From contig VMFP01000001.1 of NCBI GenBank assembly GCA_007376145.1, forward strand, positions 122,835 to 186,834: a stretch of DNA of 64,000 nt, given 5' to 3'. Below, piece by piece: positions 28,546 to 37,777 of this stretch (its first letter is position 1; each line of letters begins with the position of its first letter). The DNA is from Parcubacteria group bacterium Gr01-1014_38. GTDB lineage: Bacteria > Patescibacteriota > Andersenbacteria > UBA10190 > CAIZMI01. Below the pieces are notes generated by a model, which worked only from the letters and a program-made list of their open reading frames with translations, searched no databases and was not told where the DNA came from. The position numbers and the translations under genes are program-made.

Positions 28546-29169
28546 ATGGCGATTCCTCTCCTCCCCGCGTCGCTCCGAAACCTGATGAGAGATTTGGAGC
28601 GACTCCCCGGGGTTGGCCCGAAGAGCGCCCAGCGGATGGTCTTCGCCCTCCTCCGGCGACCCGCGGAAGAACTGGAGCGCTTTGCGTCTGACCTCCTCGC
28701 ACTGCGCGCCGCGAAGACCTGTCGGACCTGCGGCATGCTCGCCGAACAAGAGCAGTGCACGATCTGCCGCGATCAAACACGTGTGTCCGCGATCCTCTGC
28801 GTGGTGGAAACCCCACTCGACGTCATTGCCATTGAACGGACGGGCGAATACCGGGGGCGCTACCACGTGCTCGGAGGTGTCCTCTCTCCGCTTGAACACA
28901 TTGGTCCCGAACAGCTTTCGATTCCCCAACTCCTTCAGCGCGTGAAAGACGAGTCTCCGCAAGAAATCATCCTCGCGTTGAATCCGAGTACCGAAGGCGA
29001 AACCACCGTGCTCTACCTCCAGGACTTACTGAAAGAATTTTCCGGGACAATCACCCGCCTCGCCCGCGGGCTGCCGACGGGCGCAGCGCTAGAATTCGCT
29101 GATGATTTGACCATCGCGCGAGCCATTGCAGAACGACGAGAAGTACAGCGGCAGCCAGCCGCCGCATGA
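28546..29169 (+). CDS. recR: recombination protein RecR
   Basis: HhH LPGVGPKSAQRMVFAL, C4 zinc finger CRTCGMLAEQEQCTIC, Toprim domain; 207 aa. Confidence 0.9.
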   Translation: MAIPLLPASLRNLMRDLERLPGVGPKSAQRMVFALLRRPAEELERFASDLLALRAAKTCRTCGMLAEQEQCTICRDQTRVSAILCVVETPLDVIAIERTGEYRGRYHVLGGVLSPLEHIGPEQLSIPQLLQRVKDESPQEIILALNPSTEGETTVLYLQDLLKEFSGTITRLARGLPTGAALEFADDLTIARAIAERREVQRQPAAA

Positions 29170-29178
29170 GGAATAGAA

Positions 29179-29210
29179 AAGCGCTGCTGGCAATGACCAG
29201 CAGCGCGTGT
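29179..29210. terminator. convergent terminator hairpin between recR and M16 peptidase
   Basis: aaaa GCGCTGCTGG caatga CCAGCAGCGC gtgttg: perfect 10-bp stem. Confidence 0.5.
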
Positions 29211-29231
29211 TGAAGCAGTAAATCTCCAACC

Positions 29232-30503
29232 TTACTCAACCTGCCCCGTGCCTAGGAAAATGATCGTCCGGGCCCGGTCGGGTGTAAGAGCATCGAGGAG
29301 CTCCACCACTTCTTGGTGCGGCGTTCCCGTGAGCAAGTGCACGTACGTCTCATCGTCGAGCTCTTCGCCCGCAGCCGTAAGACGTCGGTCAGCGATCTTC
29401 GTGTACGCATGTGGGTCAACGACCCGCATGCCGGGGGTGGAGCGAATTGCATCCTGACTATACTCGTACCAGCTTGGATCCCTGGGCTGGGCGTCTTGCA
29501 GGACATCCCGGAATGCCTCACGAAGGGCATCGGTCTTGTCTATCTCTGTTCCTGCGAGGAATCCCCAGAACCCGCCGTCTGGACCGAGTACACTAAAGAT
29601 CTCTGCACCATAAACAAGCTGTCGCTCTTCTCGGGTGATCCGGAGGAGCGGAGCGGTCGTATCACCGTCAGTGAGGAGGTGCTCGAGTCGTGTCCAGCGG
29701 CGGAACTGTGCCGGATCATCGCCCCGGGAGGCTACCGGGAACAAGAGGAAGACGACGGATGTCTGAAAGGGCGTCTCAATCTCGGTCGTGTTCCCACACT
29801 CCCAAGAAGGAAGTTCACCATACGACGCAGGGGCTCGTCGCTCCGTAAGAGGGAGATTAGAAAGCGCTGACGCGCTTTCCGCCACCACCTCACGGAGTTC
29901 GTCGGGAGAGCAATCTCCGGCAACGAAGAGGACTGTCCGTGACCGTGCATACCCCCGCGCGTGGGATCGCCGGAGCAGTTCAGGAGTCATGCCGCTGACG
30001 GCTGCCTCCGAACCAATCGGGAGATGGCCAAGAGGGTGATCGCCCCAGAGAAGAGGAAAGAGGTGGTAGAGAGCCGATGCAAATGCGTCGGAGAGGCGGT
30101 CACGGCGTTCTTTCACGATGATTTCCCGTTCGGCCGTAATGGCGGCGTCTGTCATCATCGGTTCCGCGACGAGGTTAGCAGTCACGTCGAGTGCTTCGCG
30201 CCAGAACCGTTTCGGCACGTGTGCCCAGAAGGTGGTTGAGACCAAGCCAGTCTCCGCAGTCACAAGACCGCCGTACCGTGCATACCGATCCGCAGTTTCG
30301 GCTGGACCATTCGGATATTTCTTGGTCCCGCGGAACGGAACATGCTCGAACCAGTGGTAGATCCCGTCGTCGCCAACCGTACGATCATCGGCACTCCCCG
30401 TGAACATGATCCACCGGATGCTAAAGGGATTCACTGCCTCGGGGAGTTGCTGGAAAAAGACAGGAATCCCATACGCGCCATCAATTCGCCTGAACTGAAT
30501 CAC
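29232..30503 (-). CDS. M16-family (pitrilysin/insulinase-like) zinc peptidase
   Basis: Inverted zinc-binding motif HWFEHVPFRGT (HxxEH) and M16 fold length (423 aa); AT-rich TTGACG-N17-TATAAG promoter-like sequence upstream. Confidence 0.8.
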   Translation of the reverse strand: MIQFRRIDGAYGIPVFFQQLPEAVNPFSIRWIMFTGSADDRTVGDDGIYHWFEHVPFRGTKKYPNGPAETADRYARYGGLVTAETGLVSTTFWAHVPKRFWREALDVTANLVAEPMMTDAAITAEREIIVKERRDRLSDAFASALYHLFPLLWGDHPLGHLPIGSEAAVSGMTPELLRRSHARGYARSRTVLFVAGDCSPDELREVVAESASALSNLPLTERRAPASYGELPSWECGNTTEIETPFQTSVVFLLFPVASRGDDPAQFRRWTRLEHLLTDGDTTAPLLRITREERQLVYGAEIFSVLGPDGGFWGFLAGTEIDKTDALREAFRDVLQDAQPRDPSWYEYSQDAIRSTPGMRVVDPHAYTKIADRRLTAAGEELDDETYVHLLTGTPHQEVVELLDALTPDRARTIIFLGTGQVE

Positions 30504-30643
30504 GAGTGTCCTCCCGTGGAACTTCGCGCTCCACTCAAAACTCTACTGACATTCAAATGAACAGCACCGTGCTGTTCACGGTGCCCAGCAGCTTATATCA
30601 CCATGATATTTTCGTCAAGGCAAACTGTTCCCTCCAAAAATCG

Positions 30644-30964
30644 CTAGAAGTTAATCTCCCCTATTTTCACTTCCGTATAGTGTTGCCGATGGCCGAACTT
30701 TTTGCGGTAGCGCTTTTTGGCCTTGAATTTGATGCCGATGACTTTGTCGTGGCGGCCGTGTTTCGCGATCGTGCCAGTGACGACAGCGCCGGGCACCGTC
30801 GGGTGGCCCACGCGGACCTCTTCCCCACGCGCGAGGAGGAGGACTTCGGGAAACGTCACCGCTGCCGACGGCTCACCATCGAGTTTCTCCACGCGCATCG
30901 TGTCGCCCGGCCGGACGAGCACTTGTTTTCCACCGGTGGCGATCACCGCGAGCACGTCACTCAT
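30644..30964 (-). CDS. rplU: 50S ribosomal protein L21
   Basis: MSDVLAVIATGGKQVLVRPGD...; L21 signature (AVIETGGKQYKV). 106 aa. No rpmA (L27) immediately downstream. Confidence 0.85.
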   Translation of the reverse strand: MSDVLAVIATGGKQVLVRPGDTMRVEKLDGEPSAAVTFPEVLLLARGEEVRVGHPTVPGAVVTGTIAKHGRHDKVIGIKFKAKKRYRKKFGHRQHYTEVKIGEINF

Positions 30965-30965
30965 A

Positions 30966-31082
30966 CCCCGTTAGAAACTACGTAAAAAGCGCGCCCCGAG
31001 CGCTTTTTCGCGAAGAGAATAGTGAAACGGAAGACGGAGTATCTCATGTGGAAGTGGAGGCTGCTAGATGTTTCTAACGGGG
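30966..31082 (-). promoter_or_regulatory. structured leader/attenuator candidate upstream of rplU: 13-bp perfect IR (CCCCGTTAGAAAC / GTTTCTAACGGGG) enclosing a terminator-like hairpin (30984-31008)
   Basis: IR arm 30966-30978 abuts the rplU start codon (would occlude the RBS); partner arm 31070-31082; inner AAAAAGCGC-gccccga-GCGCTTTTT perfect 9-bp hairpin with flanking A/T runs. Confidence 0.45.
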
Positions 31083-31096
31083 CATACCGCGACATG

Positions 31097-32101
31097 CTAG
31101 GGATTCTTCCCTTTCCCGTCAACCAAGAAGGTCGGCCGGCGCGTAAGGGTGAAGAAAATCACCGCAGCGCCGCTCGCCGCGAGGAGGAGCACTTTCCAGG
31201 GCGTGGGAAGCGTCACAGCGGCCACGGCGAGTCCGGCAGAGACCACGGTGTACAACGCGAGGATGGACCGAGGAGACCAGGCCTTGGCGAGCAGACGGTG
31301 ATGGAAATGCGTGCGGTCGCCTCGGAACGGTGAACTGCCCCGGCGAATCCGCGCGGTCACCACAGAGACCGCGTCGAGGAGCGGGATGGCTCCGACGACC
31401 GACAGCGTGGCGATCTTGCTCGATCCTTGGACGGAGAGGACCGCCAGGAGGAACCCCAGGAACCACGCGCCGGGTGTCCCCAACACAAGGCGGGCCGGCG
31501 GGAAATTCCAGAAAAGGAAGCCGGCGGTCGCCGCCGCAGCGAGGAACGCTGGCAGGGCGACCACTGGTTCATTCACCTGCGGGAGCAGACTCGTTACCCC
31601 GATGGCGAGAAAACCAATGGTGCTGACGGTTGCCGCGAGACCATCCATGCCGTCGAGGAAATTCACGGCGTTCATGAGAACGAGAATCCAGAGCACCGTG
31701 AGTGCCGCGCCGGGGAACGGAAACCCCCCGATCTGCCAGTGGTCTAAGGTGATGAGCCCGCCGGTTGGATTGGTCACGTACTCCACAGCGATGCCCCCGA
31801 CGAAGACAGCACCGATGCTCGCCAGGAGCTGCCCGAGGAGCTGCGGGAGTGGACCGAGCCCCCGCCACAGATCCCAAAGCCCGACCGCCACGATCGTGAT
31901 CGTCGCCAGGCCCATGCCCAGCGCACTCCGTGGCGAGAGACTTCCGGTGAGCCCGCTCAAGATCCACCAGGCCAGCAGTGTGCTGATGCCTCCGGTTGCC
32001 GCGACGCCGCGCGCCGCGGTGAGTCGGATCCGTTCACCGCCCCAGCGTGCCGCGCTTCCCAGTGCCAGACTGAGAGTAAACGCACCAAAGAACGGAATCA
32101 T
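31097..32101 (-). CDS. polyprenyl-phosphate N-acetylhexosamine-1-phosphate transferase (WecA/MraY family)
   Basis: NAVNFLDGMDGL motif and 10-11 TM helices typical of the MraY/WecA/WbpL family; 334 aa. Confidence 0.8.
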   Translation of the reverse strand: MIPFFGAFTLSLALGSAARWGGERIRLTAARGVAATGGISTLLAWWILSGLTGSLSPRSALGMGLATITIVAVGLWDLWRGLGPLPQLLGQLLASIGAVFVGGIAVEYVTNPTGGLITLDHWQIGGFPFPGAALTVLWILVLMNAVNFLDGMDGLAATVSTIGFLAIGVTSLLPQVNEPVVALPAFLAAAATAGFLFWNFPPARLVLGTPGAWFLGFLLAVLSVQGSSKIATLSVVGAIPLLDAVSVVTARIRRGSSPFRGDRTHFHHRLLAKAWSPRSILALYTVVSAGLAVAAVTLPTPWKVLLLAASGAAVIFFTLTRRPTFLVDGKGKNP

Positions 32102-32126
32102 TCCGTTGGCTGGAGACGCGCGTTGG

Positions 32127-33866
32127 TCACCGCCGACTCACCGCCGTCGTGAGGAGCGGTGCGCGCACTCGCATCGGTTCCACGCGCACTTTCGGTGTCA
32201 CCCAGAACCCGAGGTACGTTCCCAGGAGCAGGCGGGTCTGCGCATCCACGGCCGGAAGTGCACCGAGGACGGAAGTAATGATCGGCGTCAGCACCCACTG
32301 GAACACCATCCAGAGGTACCGCCGACGCGGCGTTCCTGGTGGAGCCGGAGGGAGCAGGAGCAGCGAGAGCGTCGCGTTGAGGATCAGACCCACCATACCG
32401 ATGGTGAGGAGCGTGCGCGTGACGCGGGGGAGGTTGAACGCCAGCACGGTTCGCTGGAATTCGACGTTGCCGAACAGCACGGGGATCCAGCCGAGGAACG
32501 CGAGGATGAGCGCGGCGGTGGCCCACGAGTGCCAAGCCTCGAGCATCGCCCCGGCGCGCAGGAATCGTTCACGAACCGGAATTGCAGAACGTTGCAGAAA
32601 TGCCTTCGCAATGAACGGAAAGTTCTCAATGCCCCACGCCCAGCGTCGCTTTTGTTTGTACTGATTGATGAACGTCTGCACGAGCGTCGGCGCGCAGGTC
32701 ACGTCCATGGAGACCGTCGCGTCCATGGGCACGGTGCGGTACGCGCCTTGGTAGTGAACATACGCCTGCCAGAAGATGCGCGAGTCCTCCGACACGACCG
32801 TCGGGTCCCAGAATCCTGCGTCGACGAGGGCGCGGAAGGGCATAGCGTGGGAGGAGTACGTCACCATCCGCTCGGACCGCGCGAACTGAATTAAGATCCA
32901 GAATGTTGAGTTTGTGGAGATTACTCGCGTGAACGCCGGTGCTTCCCAGATATTATTGTGGTAGAGCGGGAGTGGCTGATAGCTGCAGCGGAGGCGGTCT
33001 GCAGTCACGAGGTACGTATACGTTAGCACGCCAAAGTACTCGGGCGACGGGACGGTGTCGGCGTCGAAGTTGGAGATGAGCACCTGTTCGTACGGAATTC
33101 CCCCGGCATCAAGGAGTTGTTGAACGACGCGCGCCGCGTAGCTCGCGTTTGCCGACTTTACCTGCCGCTCGCCGGGAATCCCGTCAGGGTGCACGGTGGT
33201 CAGGAAGCGACCGAAGGTGTTTTTGTACCGCGCTTCCAGTGCTCGCTGTACGACCGCGGCGTGCTCGCCAGCCCGTTCTTCCAGCGCCACGATCACCCAG
33301 AGGCGCTCTTTGGGATAGATCGCCGCCGCCAGAGCGTCGAGGCTCTGCGTGAGGAGCAGCAGCGGCTCTTTGTAGGTTGGGAGAATCACGACGTGGAGAA
33401 TGTCGGTCCACCGAGGAACATCCGTTGGCCACTGATCATCCGGCCGCCGCAGCCGCAAGAGATCGTTCCGGAACAGGAGTTCCTGCCGGAGAGTTTTTCC
33501 CGATCTCTGACGCTCACTGCCCGAGGTTTCCGCAACCTGTCGTTCAACATCGCGGATGCGGGCGTCCACCACCTCCAGCGCGCGGCGCGGATCGTCCAGC
33601 AGCTGAAGGCGGGCGATCCAGTCCGTTCCCCGCATGCGCCGGAGCGTCCGGTAGCTGGCAATGAGGTTCGTGGCGACGTGGAGCGCACGCACGAGCCAGT
33701 AGAAGTCGTAGAAGATGAGGAATACCGCCACCAGGAGCGGTTGCGTGAAGGCCAGAACCGTCAATCCGACGAGCGTGCCCCAGACGAGGAGCCCGGGAAT
33801 GCTCTCCAGGGTGCGCCGGAGCAGGAGTTCGCTATCGAACGTGAGGAGAGGAGTCGCGTGACGCAT
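32127..33866 (-). CDS. processive family-2 glycosyltransferase (cellulose/chitin-synthase-like) with multiple TM helices
   Basis: ILPTYKEP, DADT and QYKQKRRWAWG (QxxRW) motifs; N- and C-terminal TM clusters; 579 aa. Confidence 0.75.
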   Translation of the reverse strand: MRHATPLLTFDSELLLRRTLESIPGLLVWGTLVGLTVLAFTQPLLVAVFLIFYDFYWLVRALHVATNLIASYRTLRRMRGTDWIARLQLLDDPRRALEVVDARIRDVERQVAETSGSERQRSGKTLRQELLFRNDLLRLRRPDDQWPTDVPRWTDILHVVILPTYKEPLLLLTQSLDALAAAIYPKERLWVIVALEERAGEHAAVVQRALEARYKNTFGRFLTTVHPDGIPGERQVKSANASYAARVVQQLLDAGGIPYEQVLISNFDADTVPSPEYFGVLTYTYLVTADRLRCSYQPLPLYHNNIWEAPAFTRVISTNSTFWILIQFARSERMVTYSSHAMPFRALVDAGFWDPTVVSEDSRIFWQAYVHYQGAYRTVPMDATVSMDVTCAPTLVQTFINQYKQKRRWAWGIENFPFIAKAFLQRSAIPVRERFLRAGAMLEAWHSWATAALILAFLGWIPVLFGNVEFQRTVLAFNLPRVTRTLLTIGMVGLILNATLSLLLLPPAPPGTPRRRYLWMVFQWVLTPIITSVLGALPAVDAQTRLLLGTYLGFWVTPKVRVEPMRVRAPLLTTAVSRR

Positions 33867-33881
33867 GGGTCGGCCCGACGT

Positions 33882-34412
33882 TTACGGCGTGAGTCGGAAA
33901 TTCAGTCTCGCGATGAAGAGCAGGACGCCGAGGAACCCGATGAGAATGGGGATGGTTGCCGCCAGGAACATAACCGCAGCCGCCGGCTGCGAGGAGCGGA
34001 GTCTGACAGCCAGAAGGGTGTTGCCGGTGACCATCGTCGCCGCAATGCCGGCCAGCCACTGAAATTCGGCACGGGTTCCGAGAAGATCCACGCCCGTGTC
34101 GATGTTGGCGTGAAGCTTCACTCCCTCTAGGGGGAGAGTACGCCAGAGTGCGAAAAACCCTGCGCCGAACAGCACGAAGAGGAGCACGTCGCAGAGCGCG
34201 AGGAGCCGAATGGGTTTCGGGACACTCTGCAGCGTGAGGAGACGCATGAAGGGAGAGAGCATAGGCCATTCCGGCGCCTGCGGCAAGCGGAGTCGAAAGA
34301 CGTTAGGGAAGCTCGGCATAGTCGCAAATCTTCCGGAAATCGCAAAAACGGCAGTGGTGTCCTGGCGTGGGACGGAAATCTCCACTCCGAATCCGCGCCG
34401 CGATGTCCTCAA
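33882..34412 (-). CDS. hypothetical small membrane protein (start uncertain)
   Basis: Three to four hydrophobic helices; sits just upstream of the GT2 gene on the same strand. Confidence 0.4.
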   Translation of the reverse strand: MRTSRRGFGVEISVPRQDTTAVFAISGRFATMPSFPNVFRLRLPQAPEWPMLSPFMRLLTLQSVPKPIRLLALCDVLLFVLFGAGFFALWRTLPLEGVKLHANIDTGVDLLGTRAEFQWLAGIAATMVTGNTLLAVRLRSSQPAAAVMFLAATIPILIGFLGVLLFIARLNFRLTP

Positions 34413-37218
34413 CCCGCTTCACCGTTTCCGCATCCTGTTCCGGCGTGCGGGTGGTTTCCTTCTCTTCCCCCGTTTCCACATACGCGAAGCGTAACCGCGC
34501 TGGTTCGAGCCCGAGCGCTTTCCGTGCCGCGAGGGCATAGATGGAGAGCTGCGTATCGCTCCTCGCGTCTTTTCCCTTCCCCTCCCCGGTTTTGAAATCG
34601 GTAATCAGGACTTTGCCGTGGTCTTTGGTCCGGTCAATCCGGTCAATGCGGCCGGTGACCCGCGTCGTTTCGAGGAGAAACGAAAACGGAATTTCCGCTG
34701 CCAGCGGCGGAACCATCAGGAGTTCCGGGTGTGCAGAGAGGTATGTCTGGAGTGCCGCGCGCCCTGCCTCTTTCCGCGCCGCTTCGTGCTCCGGACTTTC
34801 ATAGCCCTCGGAGATCCAGTGTTGTTCGAACCACGTGAGCACCTCGAGGAGAGAAGGCTTGTGCCCTGAAGCAATCGCCGTTCCGACGCGGTGCAACACC
34901 GCGTGGATCGTGTTGCCAAACGCAAGCGTGTGTTGCGGCCTGGTTGGGACGCGGAGCACGTAATGGAACTCGTACTTTAAGGGACAGGTTTCGTACTCGG
35001 CAATTTTTGAGGCGCTCAAACTGAGCGCACCATCCACGATCCGCTCCGGCGGGGTTGCCACGCGCAGCGGAAGGGAGAGCTGTTCGCTCGGCGACTTTGG
35101 TTCGCCGGTCACGGTGACAGAGGGAATCTGCGCTTCCGCGATGAAGGGCGAGGGTTTCCGGTGCGTCTTGGATCCCGCTGCCATCGTCGACGACGTGACG
35201 ATGAAGCGCTCTTGCGCGCGCGTCATCGCGACGTAGAAAAGGCGGCGCTCTTCGAGGACGTGCATGGTCCGTTCATCCAGGGTCCCCTGGAGCGCGCTGG
35301 CCGGGACAAGCTCCGACGGAAGCTCGAGCAGCCGCCGCCTCCCGCGCGCCGGGTAGCGATCGGCGGTCGCACCAATGACGAAGACAATCGGAAATTCCAA
35401 TCCTTTCGCCGCGTGGACGGTCAGGAGATGCACGGCGTCGGCCTCTGGCGGGAGGTCGGCGGCCGGCGGGCCCTGACCGCTGTCGGAAGCCGCGTCGAGG
35501 AGTTCAAGGAACTCGAGAAAATTCCCGTCAGGCATACCTTGTTCCAGCGCTCGGATGTAGGCGAGAAACGCCTGGAGGTTCGGCAGCACTTCTGGGTGTC
35601 CTTCGCTCTCCTGAATCGCGTGCTTCAAGATGCCGCTGTGTTCGAGAAATTCCAGGTAAACGGTGGACGGGCGGAGCGTCCGGAACGCCGTGAGGTGCCG
35701 CTCGAGGAGTGCGACGAGGCGCGCGAGTCCGTCCCTGCTTGACGTCGCCAGGGTTGCCGACGTCGTCGGCCGCTTCAAGAACGGAAGGACGGCGTCGGGG
35801 TTCTGCCGGAGCTCGCTCAAGAGGCGTGCCCGGTCGGAAGTGCTCACTCCGAGCGCTGGATGCGTGATGAGACGAAACAGCGCGCTGGCGTCGCGCGGAT
35901 CCCCGAGGAGGCGCAGGTATGCCAGAGCATCCTTAACTTCCGGTCGGGCGAGGAGACCGCGCGCTTCGGACACCGTGTGGGGGATGTCACGTCGGAGAAG
36001 CGAGGAAGCGAGATCGCCCGCTTGCGCATTCGTGCGGGCGAGCACCGCCATCTCGCGGTAGGCTTTCCCCTCGTCCACGAGGCGGAGAATCTCCTCCGCC
36101 ACCCACGCGAACTCTTCCTCTTCGGTGGCGAAGTGCCGGTGCTCCACGAGCACTCCCGGCGGTGCAGAGCCTTGACGAACCAAGCGCTTGCTGATGTCTG
36201 CGGTCGCCTCCAGACGGTACGGGTTATTCTGCTGGATGAGTCGGTAGGCGGCGTCTAAGAGTACTTGCGGCGAACGGAAGTTGTCCGTGAGGACCATGAG
36301 TGATGTCTTGGGAAACCGCTCGCGGAACTGGAGGACATTCCCGACGTTAGAGCCGCGGAAGGCAAAGATCGCCTGGTCGTCGTCCGAAGCGACGAAGAGG
36401 TTTCCGGCGGGCCCGGCCAGCAATTCCAGAAGGTGCAACTGCGTCGCATTCGTGTCTTGGAATTCGTCGACGAGGATCTCCGTGAATCGTCCGCGGTACT
36501 TCTGCGCAATCGCCGGGCGCTCCTGGAAGACGCGGATGGTTTCGAGGAGGAGATCGCCGAAGTCGAAGACGCCCTTCTCGCGCTGCAGGGCGACATACGC
36601 GTGGTACACGGCGGCGAGTTCCCGCCAGTGCGCGGAATCTTCCGCGTCCACGCTCGCAACGGTTTCCGCGTGGCGTTCCAGCATCTCGGGCGTGGTCCCC
36701 TGGTCTTTGGCTTGGTTGAAGAATTCGACGAGCGCTTGGACGAATTTGGTCGGGTTGCCTAAGGGGCGGTACCGCGACAGCGGCAAGGAGAAGAGGTTTC
36801 GCTTGAGGAGAAGCCAGGCCTCGGGGGAAGAGAGGATGCGGAATCGAGGGTCGAGACCGATCGCGAATGCTTCTTCGCGCAGGACATATTCCCCGAACCC
36901 GTGGAAGGTTCCGACCCACGGGCGGAAGGCGCTGATGGGGAGCGCGAGGTCGGTTCTCGCCTCGAGTTCGGCAGAGGCCTTTTCGGTGAACGTGAGCGCG
37001 AGGATATTCTGCGGGGGGACGCTTTGGTGGTTCGTGAGCCAGGCGATCCGCTCCACGAGGACCCGTGTTTTGCCGGTTCCCGCTCCGGCGAGCACGAGCG
37101 CTGGTCCCTCGCCGTGCGTGACTGCCGCGCGCTGGGCATCCGTGAGATGCGAGAATTCGCTTGCCTCGGTGCGTTCCTGCGTCCGTGTTCGTGCACGTTG
37201 CTTCCTCGCCATATCCAC
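34303..37218 (-). CDS. UvrD/PcrA-family ATP-dependent helicase fused to a C-terminal PD-(D/E)XK nuclease with Cas4/AddB-like Cys cluster
   Basis: Walker A AGAGTGKT, UvrD motifs (ALTFTEKA, VDEFQDTN, TVHAAKGLEF, VAMTRA); C-terminal IAEYETCPLKYEF ... YVETGEEKE ... CRFCDFRKIC = C-Xn-CxxC-X5-C plus nuclease motif. 971 aa. Confidence 0.85.
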   Translation of the reverse strand: MDMARKQRARTRTQERTEASEFSHLTDAQRAAVTHGEGPALVLAGAGTGKTRVLVERIAWLTNHQSVPPQNILALTFTEKASAELEARTDLALPISAFRPWVGTFHGFGEYVLREEAFAIGLDPRFRILSSPEAWLLLKRNLFSLPLSRYRPLGNPTKFVQALVEFFNQAKDQGTTPEMLERHAETVASVDAEDSAHWRELAAVYHAYVALQREKGVFDFGDLLLETIRVFQERPAIAQKYRGRFTEILVDEFQDTNATQLHLLELLAGPAGNLFVASDDDQAIFAFRGSNVGNVLQFRERFPKTSLMVLTDNFRSPQVLLDAAYRLIQQNNPYRLEATADISKRLVRQGSAPPGVLVEHRHFATEEEEFAWVAEEILRLVDEGKAYREMAVLARTNAQAGDLASSLLRRDIPHTVSEARGLLARPEVKDALAYLRLLGDPRDASALFRLITHPALGVSTSDRARLLSELRQNPDAVLPFLKRPTTSATLATSSRDGLARLVALLERHLTAFRTLRPSTVYLEFLEHSGILKHAIQESEGHPEVLPNLQAFLAYIRALEQGMPDGNFLEFLELLDAASDSGQGPPAADLPPEADAVHLLTVHAAKGLEFPIVFVIGATADRYPARGRRRLLELPSELVPASALQGTLDERTMHVLEERRLFYVAMTRAQERFIVTSSTMAAGSKTHRKPSPFIAEAQIPSVTVTGEPKSPSEQLSLPLRVATPPERIVDGALSLSASKIAEYETCPLKYEFHYVLRVPTRPQHTLAFGNTIHAVLHRVGTAIASGHKPSLLEVLTWFEQHWISEGYESPEHEAARKEAGRAALQTYLSAHPELLMVPPLAAEIPFSFLLETTRVTGRIDRIDRTKDHGKVLITDFKTGEGKGKDARSDTQLSIYALAARKALGLEPARLRFAYVETGEEKETTRTPEQDAETVKRVEDIAARIRSGDFRPTPGHHCRFCDFRKICDYAELP

Positions 37219-37412
37219 TAGCCAGTATACGGCGTTTCCCTACCTTTCTTGACAAGGTGCCAGCGGCATGCGACACTCTCCCTTACGAGGGAAACGTTCC
37301 TCATCAGCAGACGTGCATAGACTATTCGCGTATACCAATCGTGAGGGGTCGAGCGTCAGCGAGAGCGAAAGCCAACCTCGGTCTCTTCACGAAAGGCGGT
37401 GACTACTTCTTT

Positions 37413-37706
37413 ATGAACCAGGATTCTGGTGAGCGTCAGATGTTTGACGCCACGTGTTCGAATTGCAACCAACCCACCCAGGTGCCGTTCCAGCCGACGG
37501 GTGAACGTCCGGTCTACTGCAGCAACTGTTTCCGGCAGGTCCGCGGCGAGCGTCGCGGGCCGGGAGGGGGTGGACAGGGTGGCGATCGGCCAATGTACGA
37601 CGCGACGTGCTCCACCTGCGGCAAGCCGACCCAAGTGCCCTTCCGTCCCACGGAAGGTCGCCCGGTCTACTGCCGCGAGCATTATCGAGGCCCAAGCCGC
37701 GCGTAA
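37413..37706 (+). CDS. small protein with two tandem CxxC-N17-CxxC zinc-ribbon repeats (97 aa)
   Basis: MFDATCSNCNQPTQVPFQPTGERPVYCSNCF and MYDATCSTCGKPTQVPFRPTEGRPVYCREHY tandem repeat; ATG at 37413 with AGGCGG RBS-like sequence upstream. Confidence 0.55.
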   Translation: MNQDSGERQMFDATCSNCNQPTQVPFQPTGERPVYCSNCFRQVRGERRGPGGGGQGGDRPMYDATCSTCGKPTQVPFRPTEGRPVYCREHYRGPSRA

Positions 37707-37777
37707 CAGACGCGGCTCAACCGAGTACGAAGAGCGCGCCGCAAGGCGCGCTCTTCTTGTGTGTAGAACGGGAATGC

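Noticed and set aside
30504-30643. Expected rpmA (L27) downstream of rplU
   Set aside because: Only 140 bp of noncoding sequence with a hairpin (GAACAGCAC-cg-GTGCTGTTC) and an AT-rich promoter for the M16 peptidase; no ORF of L27 size in any frame.
33117-34130. 337-aa plus-strand ORF
   Set aside because: Antisense to the GT2 glycosyltransferase (QxxRW motif present on minus strand).
36347-37276. 309-aa minus-strand ORF and 323-aa plus-strand ORF at 36281..37252
   Set aside because: Alternative frames over the UvrD-nuclease gene; Arg/Pro-rich, no recognisable domains.
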